Source of the DNA: an uncultured bacterium
GTDB taxonomy: Bacteria > Omnitrophota > Omnitrophia > Omnitrophales > Aquincolibacteriaceae
NCBI GenBank assembly: GCA_964434115.1
Contig: CAYSSX010000001.1
Span: 85,571 to 149,570, forward strand
DNA length: 64,000 nucleotides
Direction: 5' to 3'
A model generated the notes under the pieces. That model was not told the DNA's origin and did not search any database. It was given only the letters and a program-made list of their open reading frames with translations. A program made the translations under genes and the position numbers. Positions 8,797-16,936 of this stretch are shown here, piece by piece (position 1 is the first letter of the stretch; every line of letters begins with the position of its first letter).

Positions 8797-9504
8797 ATGA
8801 AAAAAACTCTGAGCTTGTTCGCACTCATCGCCGGATTGGTTATTCTCTCCAGCGCACGTGCGTACGCAGCTGTTCCGGTGATTGACGGAAGCGTCAGTCC
8901 CGCCACTGAATGGGATAATACTGGTTATAACTATTATCTCAACATCAGTGATCCGAACGAAGTTGATGTTCCTGATTCATACGACATCGCGTCAGCGACG
9001 TTGCTTCAGGAAATTGAAGGCTTCGGATTTGGAGATTCTAACGCTGCCAACGACGGGATTTACCTCCTGATCACGACCTATGCGACTCCTTCCTTCGTGG
9101 ATTTCACGTTGGGCGGTCCTAAGGTTACCGTGTATTTGGATGGTGATTTCGACGGCGATGGTATCGTTGATTTCTCACTTCAGCACACAGCTCTTGCTAA
9201 TGGAACCGGCCAGACGGTTACTGTAACGTTCAACGTTTTTGGACCTACAGGCGACCTTGTTGCAAACGGTGGTTCTTTCGCAGTGAACGGTGTGCTTGAG
9301 TATTTCATTCCTCACACGGGTTTCAATACCCCCAGCGTTCCTTTCCCTGGTGCGTTTGTTGGATACATCACCTATGATAATGGTGGTCTTCCTCCAGATG
9401 ATATCGCGACTGGCACCTTGGTTCCTGAGCCGAGCAGCATGCTTCTCTTCGGAGGCGCGTTGTTGGGTCTTTTGGGTGTGAATTTCAAGCGTTTCTCCAA
9501 GTAG
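8797..9504 (+). CDS. PEP-CTERM sorting-domain protein (exosortase substrate)
   Basis: AAAGGAG RBS before ATG 8797. Signal peptide MKKTLSLFALIAGLVILSSARAYA. C-terminus VPEPSSMLLFGGALLGLLGVNFKRFSK (PEP motif, TM helix, basic tail). Internal DGDFDGDGIVD Ca-binding-like motif. Confidence 0.85.
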   Translation: MKKTLSLFALIAGLVILSSARAYAAVPVIDGSVSPATEWDNTGYNYYLNISDPNEVDVPDSYDIASATLLQEIEGFGFGDSNAANDGIYLLITTYATPSFVDFTLGGPKVTVYLDGDFDGDGIVDFSLQHTALANGTGQTVTVTFNVFGPTGDLVANGGSFAVNGVLEYFIPHTGFNTPSVPFPGAFVGYITYDNGGLPPDDIATGTLVPEPSSMLLFGGALLGLLGVNFKRFSK

Positions 9505-9553
9505 TTTTCTTTCAATAGTTGCTATAATCCTCAAACATTATAGTTAGCTATTT

Positions 9554-9594
9554 GGTAAGAGCTCCTTACCCTGGCCCCCGAAAGGGGGCCAGGG
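9554..9594 (+). terminator. Tandem hairpins after the PEP-CTERM gene (putative intrinsic terminator)
   Basis: GGTAAG-AGCTC-CTTACC followed by a perfect 11-bp GC stem CCCTGGCCCCC-GAAA-GGGGGCCAGGG (9569-9594). No clean downstream T-run, so efficiency is uncertain. Confidence 0.45.
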
Positions 9595-9654
9595 ACTACT
9601 TGAATAATAAATGAAACCGTAGTACAAAGAAGGCAGTGAATCTTAAGGAAGGAG

Positions 9655-10485
9655 GTGGCCCGGCACATGGCACGTCACCCCGAAAATAATAAGCCACAGC
9701 AAAGCCTGCACCGCGAAACACTTATCGCGATTGCAAAGCAGCCCATTATTCCCGCGCTCTTCATACTTCTGGCAATTTTCCAAGCAGCAGGCTTGACAGC
9801 CCTTTTTCTTTCGCATTCCGAGCCGTTTTCGAGCATTTTGGGACCGATTATCCGCCGTTTTTGGGGGGAGCGTTTTCTGCATTATCCGGAAAACTTTCTT
9901 TTGCTGCCCAAGCTTTTTGGCCACTCTGAAATGGTGATCCTGACCCTTTTCGGTCTTCTGGTCACAGGCATTACGATTCAGCTTGTAGGCGCCGCCCGGA
10001 CCGGGGACAGCCGTGTCACGGCCGTGACCGCTTTTTCCGGCACCTTGAAAAAGTATCTGGGGCTGGCCGCTCTGTGGATTGCTTTGTTTTTCCTGCTTCG
10101 GACAGTTTCGAGAGCGGTACTGCCGTTTCTTCCCCCGCAGATTCCGGTCCATTACGCGGGTCTTCTGGCGGTTTTTTTATCCACGCAGGTTCTTACTGCG
10201 CTGCTCTTCCCGGCAATTCTTCTTTCTGGAAAAGGGTATTGGAAAGCCCTTGCGGAAGGTTTCTTGCTCTCCGTGAAGAATTTCCCCGTGCTGTTTGCGG
10301 CCTTATTCATTCCGGTGGCTTTAAGCGTGGCGGTCTCGTTCCTTAGGTCTTTGTCGCCGTCGATTTCGCATGATAACCCGGATTTTGTGCTCGTGATTTT
10401 GTACGGCAGTATTTTGGTTTCAACCGTTGTGGATCTCTACATCACCTCCGCGACGGCTATATTCTATTTGAAAGTGAGGAATTAA
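9655..10485 (+). CDS. Hypothetical polytopic integral membrane protein (about 6 TM)
   Basis: Long ORF with repeated hydrophobic helices. No recognisable catalytic motif. Embedded between two PEP-CTERM genes. Confidence 0.55.
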   Translation: MARHMARHPENNKPQQSLHRETLIAIAKQPIIPALFILLAIFQAAGLTALFLSHSEPFSSILGPIIRRFWGERFLHYPENFLLLPKLFGHSEMVILTLFGLLVTGITIQLVGAARTGDSRVTAVTAFSGTLKKYLGLAALWIALFFLLRTVSRAVLPFLPPQIPVHYAGLLAVFLSTQVLTALLFPAILLSGKGYWKALAEGFLLSVKNFPVLFAALFIPVALSVAVSFLRSLSPSISHDNPDFVLVILYGSILVSTVVDLYITSATAIFYLKVRN

Positions 10486-10492
10486 AATTCCC

Positions 10493-11212
10493 ATGAAACA
10501 TTTTAAACGTTATTTGGCGGGCTTCCTTTGCGCGGTTCTTCCGAGCTGGAGCCTTTACGCGGCGGTGCCCGATATGCCGCTGGTTTTCACGCCCTCCGCT
10601 CTTCCGATTGAAGAGCCGGCTGAAAAATTCATTGGCTGGTATGACCTGGTCTATCAGGATCAGGTTGCGCCTCCCACAGTTCCGCAGGCGATTGTGGACG
10701 CCTTATTTCCCGACCAGGAAATTGCGCTTCCTCAGATCTCTGGCGGTGTTTCCGTGCCTCTCGAAAAGCTTTCTGATGCGGACCTGGAAGAAGAACTTCA
10801 GGACGAACTCCTTTTAGATGAGGATGCTGAAGGCGAGCATTCTTCGAAGAAGCGGCTGGTTGTCGGCCTTCTTATTCTCAGTGCAGCGCTCGGGGCGCTT
10901 CTCTTACTTCTTTCGGGTTCTGGCGGCGGCTCCGGTTCTGGAAGCGGCGGCTCGTCAGGAAATGGTGGTGACTCCAACGGTTCCACGCCTCCTCCTGTGG
11001 GCGGCGGCGGTACCGGCGGCGGGAATGGAACAGGCCCGGGTACGGGACCTGGTACCGGCGGTGGCGGCGGCCCTGGTGTTGGCGGCGGTCCCGGCGGTGG
11101 TGGTATTACTCCTTTCTCATTTCCGAACAATGTTCCCAATAACCCGGAACCTTCGACCCTGTTTTTGATTGGCCTTGGATTGTTGTTGCCTTTTTTGCGT
11201 AGAAAAGGATAA
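10493..11212 (+). CDS. PEP-CTERM sorting-domain protein, acidic N-terminal region plus long Gly/Pro-rich low-complexity region
   Basis: Signal peptide MKHFKRYLAGFLCAVLPSWSLYAAVP. C-terminus NPEPSTLFLIGLGLLLPFLRRKG. Internal SGSGGGSGSG...GTGPGTGPGTGGGGGPG tract. Confidence 0.8.
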   Translation: MKHFKRYLAGFLCAVLPSWSLYAAVPDMPLVFTPSALPIEEPAEKFIGWYDLVYQDQVAPPTVPQAIVDALFPDQEIALPQISGGVSVPLEKLSDADLEEELQDELLLDEDAEGEHSSKKRLVVGLLILSAALGALLLLLSGSGGGSGSGSGGSSGNGGDSNGSTPPPVGGGGTGGGNGTGPGTGPGTGGGGGPGVGGGPGGGGITPFSFPNNVPNNPEPSTLFLIGLGLLLPFLRRKG

Positions 11213-11221
11213 TCCGAGTTC

Positions 11222-12634
11222 ATGAGAAAAACGTTTTTCCTTTTTTTGCTCGCGGCCTTTGCTTTTTCAGGCTGCGGTAAAAACTATCTTGCCGAGAAAG
11301 AGTTCTTTAAAGCAGAACAGCTGCTGAAGGGACTCAATCTTTCCCAGAGCCTAGATCCGCTCGACCAGGCTGTTGATGCCTTTCGCTCGGTCGCGGACCG
11401 CTATCCAGGCACACCCAAGGCGCTTGAAAGTCTCCGCCTCATTTCCAATATGCGTCTTAAACAAAAAAAGTATGAGGAGGCGCGAGAGGCCATGACGGAA
11501 GTCATTCAGAGTTTCGCGGCTTCCCAGGATGCTATTGCAGATGCCCGTTACCGTATCGGGGAAATCTACGAGATTGAAGAGAAGTGGGATGCTGCCGAAA
11601 AGTATTTTTGGGAACTTTCCGAGTACAGCCCCCTTCACGCAAAAGGCCTTTACGCTCCGATCAAAATTCTCCTCAATTACCGCAGGACTAAAGATGACAA
11701 AGGCTTTGAACGCGCGTATGTCAAAGCGTTGGACCATTACGAAAGTCTCCTTAAACAGGTAGGCCCCATTGAAGCCTCCGCGCCTGTCCGGAATTATTTG
11801 GGAATGGTTCAGATGATTCACGAAGATGCGGACAAGGCTCTTGCGACCTGGCTTTCCATCCCGCTGGATTTTCCCAAAAGCCCGCATGCCTCCATGGCGA
11901 TTCTGGCCGCCGCCGAATTGAACTGGAAAAATAAGGAATACGAAAAAGCCGAAGCTTTATATCAGCGCTTTTTCACGGAATACCCGGGGCACCCCTTGAC
12001 TGGAAGAACCGCGATGACTCTTGGCCTTGCCTATCACAGCAAAGGGGACTTTACCAAATCCCGTGAATCTTATCAGCGCGCACTGGACAGCGGCGGTTAT
12101 GCAGAAAAATCCCCTGAGAGATCGGAATTGAAACTTCTCATGGCGCGCAGTTATCAGGATGAACTGCTCTGGGATGAGGCCGACGCCCTTTATCAGGAGA
12201 TCGAATTGGCTTACCCCAATTCGTCAGCGGCGCTTCAGGTCCCGTTAATGCGCGCAGACCATTTTAATGAAGTGGGTGAGACGGCTCAGGCGCTGGATAT
12301 TCTTGATAAAGCCATCCGGCATTATGAAGTTTTGGCGGCGAATCAAAAGGATCCGAAAATTGTGAGTTACGCCCAGCGTTTTCGCTCGCAGGCTTTAGCC
12401 CGTAAAGGGGCCTGGAAAGAAATTGTTGATGATATTGACAAACGCATGGCTGAAGAGACAACGCCGGTCCGCAAAGGCCGCTGGCTTTTCTTAAAAGCGC
12501 TTATGACACAGAATCGTTTAAAGGATTCGCCCAAGGCCATTGAGTTATACGAAAGTTTTCTGAATCTTTACCCCGGTCATCCCTTAGAAGCCCGGGCAAA
12601 GACCCAGCTCGAACTCCTCCGCAAGCCCGCTTAA
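11222..12634 (+). CDS. TPR-repeat lipoprotein
   Basis: Lipoprotein signal with lipobox FSGC (MRKTFFLFLLAAFAFSGCG). Multiple TPR-like helical repeats (YPGTP/YPGHP tetratricopeptide motifs). Cf. PEP-CTERM-system TPR lipoproteins. Confidence 0.75.
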   Translation: MRKTFFLFLLAAFAFSGCGKNYLAEKEFFKAEQLLKGLNLSQSLDPLDQAVDAFRSVADRYPGTPKALESLRLISNMRLKQKKYEEAREAMTEVIQSFAASQDAIADARYRIGEIYEIEEKWDAAEKYFWELSEYSPLHAKGLYAPIKILLNYRRTKDDKGFERAYVKALDHYESLLKQVGPIEASAPVRNYLGMVQMIHEDADKALATWLSIPLDFPKSPHASMAILAAAELNWKNKEYEKAEALYQRFFTEYPGHPLTGRTAMTLGLAYHSKGDFTKSRESYQRALDSGGYAEKSPERSELKLLMARSYQDELLWDEADALYQEIELAYPNSSAALQVPLMRADHFNEVGETAQALDILDKAIRHYEVLAANQKDPKIVSYAQRFRSQALARKGAWKEIVDDIDKRMAEETTPVRKGRWLFLKALMTQNRLKDSPKAIELYESFLNLYPGHPLEARAKTQLELLRKPA

Positions 12635-12805
12635 CCCCCCCCGTATTAGCTTCTATAAACAATCCCCTAGTTTACTTTTTTAGACTTTTCTCGGTATACA
12701 AAACTAATCAAAAACAATCTTTTTAAAGCAATTTAAAACAACCTCTATGGGGTCATAACATATTGAAATAAAAGCACTTACGATTATATATTTCGCCCGC
12801 AAGCC

Positions 12806-12833
12806 TTGAATGGGGAAGTTCTTGTGATATAAT
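12806..12833 (+). promoter_or_regulatory. Sigma-70-like promoter candidate for the GAF histidine kinase gene
   Basis: TTGAAT -N16- TGATATAAT (extended -10 TGn-TATAAT) about 85 nt upstream of ATG 12918. Confidence 0.35.
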
Positions 12834-12917
12834 CCACACATCGTTTTCCAAAAGATTCATCATTGTGATTAAAAAAAACAACTTTCTGAATTCAAACCGG
12901 AAAAACCAGGACAGCCA

Positions 12918-14192
12918 ATGACCTCAGCGGTTCAAAGTTCCGAAAAAAGTTCCAGGCGTTTAGAATTTCTTCAGGAAGAACTGCACTCCACATCGCCTCA
13001 TTATTCTAATCCGGATCATTTCCTCGAATTCGTTCTCGATTCAACGCTTTCTGTCGTAAAGGCGCATGCAGGTTCTTTGTTTCTTTGGGATGAATCCAAA
13101 AAGGCTTTGGTCTTGAAGTCTTCCCGCGGTCCTTACGGGAACCGCCTTAACCATGTTCATGTCCGTCTGCGTGAAGGTATTTCGGGATGGGTGGGCGGCA
13201 ACGGCCGTTCTGTTCTTGTGAAAGACATTCAGGCCGATCAGCGCTTCAGCCAGTTTAAGCGCGCCGGGCAGTACAAAACGGACTCCTTTATTTCTCTCCC
13301 TTTAATTGCATCCAATAAACTTGTGGGTGTTATCAATGTGACCGAGCGGGAAAGCCTGAGCGCGTTTACTGAAGAGGATTTTGAACGCGCGCGCGTTTTT
13401 GCCCAGTACATTGCGATCGCTTATGAAAACATGCGTCTTGCAGCGAAGCACAAGATTGAAAATCAACAGCTTGGAGACCGTGTGATGCGCTTGGAGCAAA
13501 CCTTGCGCGATCAAGAAGCTCTGGTGTCGGTCGGCCGGCTTGCTTCCAATCTTGCCCATGAGCTTAATAACCCGCTGGACTCCATACGCCGCTATGTGAA
13601 TTTGGCCCTTGATCAAGTGATGGAAGATTCGGTTGCGAGACAGTACATTCTGAATGCCAAAGAGGGGATCCGCCGCGCGGTTCAAGTCATACGCGGCCTC
13701 CTTCAATATACAAGAGAAACCGGGCGCATTGAACGCCGGGAATCGGAAATTCATCGCGTGCTCAGAGACAGTCTTGAAAGCGCGGTGAAGGATCAAAGTT
13801 TTGGAAGCATTAAAATCGAAACGAATTTTAAAGCCCCTCCCGCGATTGTCTCGGATTGCGGACTGATGTTTGTTTTTAGAAATCTTTTCAAAAATGCCCA
13901 TTACGCCATGAAAGGCGCCGGAACCTTGACGGTGGAAACCCATTATGAAAATGAACGCGTGGTTATTTGCGTTTCGGATACGGGCTCGGGAATTCCAGAA
14001 GCTGTAAAACGCCGTCTTTTTGAACCCTTCTTTTCCACAAAAAAGGATGAGGGTACCGGGATTGGTTTAACGATATGCCGCGAAATTGTTCAGAAATGCG
14101 GAGGAGACATCTCCTTCGAAAGCCAGATGGGTGTGGGCACTCAATTCTTGATTCAAATTCCCTGTAAGAAAAAGGAAATTCCAGCCGCGTGA
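12918..14192 (+). CDS. Cytoplasmic GAF-domain sensor histidine kinase
   Basis: N-terminal GAF-like region. HisKA box LASNLAHELNNPLDSIRRY. HATPase G-boxes VSDTGSGIPE and GTGIGLTICREIV. No TM segments. Confidence 0.85.
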   Translation: MTSAVQSSEKSSRRLEFLQEELHSTSPHYSNPDHFLEFVLDSTLSVVKAHAGSLFLWDESKKALVLKSSRGPYGNRLNHVHVRLREGISGWVGGNGRSVLVKDIQADQRFSQFKRAGQYKTDSFISLPLIASNKLVGVINVTERESLSAFTEEDFERARVFAQYIAIAYENMRLAAKHKIENQQLGDRVMRLEQTLRDQEALVSVGRLASNLAHELNNPLDSIRRYVNLALDQVMEDSVARQYILNAKEGIRRAVQVIRGLLQYTRETGRIERRESEIHRVLRDSLESAVKDQSFGSIKIETNFKAPPAIVSDCGLMFVFRNLFKNAHYAMKGAGTLTVETHYENERVVICVSDTGSGIPEAVKRRLFEPFFSTKKDEGTGIGLTICREIVQKCGGDISFESQMGVGTQFLIQIPCKKKEIPAA

Positions 14193-15553
14193 AAAACTCT
14201 GTCCTTATTATTGAAGACAACGACCTTGTAAGAAACTCCCTGACGGATTTCCTGACTCTGGAAGGGTGCCAGGTGTCGCAGGCCTCTGACGGTCCCGAGG
14301 GGCTTGACCTTATTGTCCAAAAAACGTTTGATCTGGCACTGATTGATTTAAGGCTTCCTTCCGCAAATGGTATTTCCATTCTCGAAAAAGCAAAAGCGAT
14401 CCGTCCGGATATGGACGTTATCATGATGACGAGTTTTGGAACCGTGGAGACCGCTGTTGAAGCCATGAAACTCGGGGCAGTCCATTACCTGACCAAACCG
14501 ATCAACGATGATGAACTGAAAATTATTCTGAAAAGGCTTTCGGACACGCGCCATCTCCGGGAAGAGAACGAGCACCTTCGCCAGGAACTGGATGACAAGC
14601 GTTCCCATTTTCATAATTTGATCGGGCAGGACAGCAAGATGCAGAAAATTTACTCGATCATCAAAGCCATCAGTGATACCGATACAACGGTGCTTCTGCG
14701 GGGCGAGAGCGGAACGGGTAAGGGCATGATCGCCCAAGCGATCCATTACAGTGACCCCTCGCGCAATAAAGGCCCCTATGTGGAAGTGAGCTGCGGAGCC
14801 ATTCCCCGTGAGCTGCTGGAAAGTGAACTGTTCGGTCATGTGAAAGGCTCTTTCACGAGCGCAATCCGCGACCGTATGGGTCGTTTTGAGCTGGCGAATG
14901 GGGGAACAATCCTCTTGGATGAAATCGATTCCCTTCCGCCTTATTTGCAGGTGAAACTGCTCCGCGTTCTTCAGCAGAAAGAATTTGAGCGCGTGGGAGA
15001 CACGAAGACCCTTCATGTTGATGTCCGGATTATTGCTTCGACCAACCGTGACCTGGCTGCCGAGATTGCAAGGGGACAGTTCCGGGAAGATCTTTATTAC
15101 CGCCTCAATGTCATTACCATCGATGTCCCGCCTCTGAGAGAGCGCAAAGAGGATATCCCCGCGCTTGTGAAGCATTTTCTCAGTGCCTTTAATCTTAAAA
15201 CCCGCAGGATGCTTAAGACCGTGAGTTCCCAAGCCATGAAACGCATTCTTGACTATCATTGGCCGGGCAATGTCCGGGAGCTGGAAAATTTTCTGGAACG
15301 GGCGGTTGTTTTGTCGCAGGGGGAAGTCCTGGATGTCGATGTTTTTCCGGAGTATATCGGGAAGAAGAGTGAAGCGTATCAGGTCCCGGAAGTCGAAAAT
15401 ACCTCGTTGAAGGAAGTCCTCAAAGAACCTGAAAAGCAGATTATCAAGAAAGTTCTGGATCAAGTCGGATGGAACCGCAAAAAAGCCGCCGGCTTGTTGA
15501 ACATCAACCGCACCACGCTTTACAACAAAATGAAGGAATACCAGCTGCTTTAG
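14189..15553 (+). CDS. Sigma-54-dependent response regulator (NtrC-family bacterial enhancer-binding protein: REC, AAA+, Fis-HTH)
   Basis: GTG start overlapping kinase stop (GTGA). Receiver LIIEDNDLVRNSL...LIDLRLP. Walker A GESGTGKG. ESELFGHVKGSFTSA (GAFTGA-loop variant). C-terminal HTH AAGLLNINRTTLYNKMKEY. Confidence 0.9.
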   Translation: MKNSVLIIEDNDLVRNSLTDFLTLEGCQVSQASDGPEGLDLIVQKTFDLALIDLRLPSANGISILEKAKAIRPDMDVIMMTSFGTVETAVEAMKLGAVHYLTKPINDDELKIILKRLSDTRHLREENEHLRQELDDKRSHFHNLIGQDSKMQKIYSIIKAISDTDTTVLLRGESGTGKGMIAQAIHYSDPSRNKGPYVEVSCGAIPRELLESELFGHVKGSFTSAIRDRMGRFELANGGTILLDEIDSLPPYLQVKLLRVLQQKEFERVGDTKTLHVDVRIIASTNRDLAAEIARGQFREDLYYRLNVITIDVPPLRERKEDIPALVKHFLSAFNLKTRRMLKTVSSQAMKRILDYHWPGNVRELENFLERAVVLSQGEVLDVDVFPEYIGKKSEAYQVPEVENTSLKEVLKEPEKQIIKKVLDQVGWNRKKAAGLLNINRTTLYNKMKEYQLL

Positions 15554-15704
15554 CCTGGCTGGAGGCCCTTTTCCGCGCCGTAAAAAACCCGTTGGCTTTC
15601 CCGCGAAAATCGCTATAATTAGTTCTTTCTAACTGGCCCCTTAGCCACGTGTTGCGACATTTGCCGCGAGCTTTCATAAAAATATCATCAAAAAGGAATT
15701 GCCC

Positions 15705-16904
15705 ATGTCTAAAGTAAAAACAATTCGGGATCTCTCTTTGAACGACAAACGCGTTCTTATCCGGGTGGATTACAACGTTCCCTTGAACGAAAAGGGTCAG
15801 ATTACGGATGATATCCGCATCGCGAAGTCGGTGGATACGATCCGCTACTGCCTTGAGCGTAATGCCCGCGTGATCCTGATGTCCCATTTGGGCCGCCCCA
15901 AGGGTGCGCCTGAGGCAAAGTATTCCTTAAAACCCGCGGCGGATCATCTTGCGAAACTTTTGGGGAAACCCGTGAAGCTTTTAGGGGATTGCGTAGGCCC
16001 TGAAGTTGAAAAAGCGGTTCAGGCCATGAAGTCCGGCGATGTGGTGATGCTGGAAAACCTCCGCTTTCATGCGGAGGAAACCAAAAATGACGCTGCGTTT
16101 GCCAAAAAACTTGCCTCGCTGGCGGATGTTTATGTGAATGACGCGTTTGGCGCGGCTCACCGTGCGCATGCCTCAACCGCTGGTGTGACGGAATATCTTC
16201 CTTCCGGAGCGGGATTTCTGATGTCCCGTGAACTTGAATATCTTGGAAAAGCTATTACGACCCCGGACCGTCCTTTTGTGACGATTCTCGGCGGCGCCAA
16301 AGTTTCTGATAAAATTAAGCTGATCAGCAATTTGATTGATAAAGCGGATACGATTCTTATCGGCGGCGCGATGGCCTATACCTTTTACAAGGTCATGGGG
16401 ATTGGTATTGGCAATTCCAAGTTTGAGCCGGACGGCGTTCCGGCTGCGGAACTTGCGCTCCGCAAAGCCAAGGAAAAGAATTTCCCGCTCATTTTTCCGG
16501 ATGACCGCGTGATAGCCCCTTCAATTGATGAAGCCTCCAAGGCGAAAGTCATTGATACCGAAATTCCCGACGGCTGGTCAGGTTTTGACATTGGCCCCAA
16601 AACCGTGGAAAGATACAAAGCGATTCTGGCCAATGCGAAAACCATTGTCTGGAATGGCCCCGTGGGACTGTTTGAAGTGAAGCCGTTTGATGAAGGAACC
16701 AAAGCCTTGGCGAAGTTTATCGCCGGACTCAAAGCGACCAAGATCATCGGGGGCGGAGATACGGCCGCAGCTGTCCGCGCGTTCGGCCTGGACACGCAGA
16801 TGTCGCATGTTTCCACAGGCGGCGGAGCATCGCTTGAATTTCTCGAAGGAACCCAACTTCCTGGTGTGACCGCGTTAGCCGAAAAAGCCGGAGCAGCCAA
16901 GTAA
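15705..16904 (+). CDS. pgk: Phosphoglycerate kinase
   Basis: MSKVKTIRDLSLNDKRVLIRVDYNVPL and full-length PGK motifs. AAAAAGGAA RBS. Confidence 0.95.
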   Translation: MSKVKTIRDLSLNDKRVLIRVDYNVPLNEKGQITDDIRIAKSVDTIRYCLERNARVILMSHLGRPKGAPEAKYSLKPAADHLAKLLGKPVKLLGDCVGPEVEKAVQAMKSGDVVMLENLRFHAEETKNDAAFAKKLASLADVYVNDAFGAAHRAHASTAGVTEYLPSGAGFLMSRELEYLGKAITTPDRPFVTILGGAKVSDKIKLISNLIDKADTILIGGAMAYTFYKVMGIGIGNSKFEPDGVPAAELALRKAKEKNFPLIFPDDRVIAPSIDEASKAKVIDTEIPDGWSGFDIGPKTVERYKAILANAKTIVWNGPVGLFEVKPFDEGTKALAKFIAGLKATKIIGGGDTAAAVRAFGLDTQMSHVSTGGGASLEFLEGTQLPGVTALAEKAGAAK

Positions 16905-16936
16905 CCACGGTCAAAAGCCGGAAACCTGAGGTGTTT

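Noticed and set aside
9655-12634. Canonical membrane PrsK-type kinase or PrsT (about 900 aa) in the PEP-CTERM locus
   Set aside because: Not present. The kinase is a soluble GAF type and the TPR lipoprotein is only 470 aa, so I did not label them prsK/prsT.
14348-15463. 371-aa minus-strand ORF antisense to the sigma-54 response regulator
   Set aside because: Same reasoning. The plus-strand gene has complete REC/AAA+/HTH motifs. The antisense frame is low-complexity.
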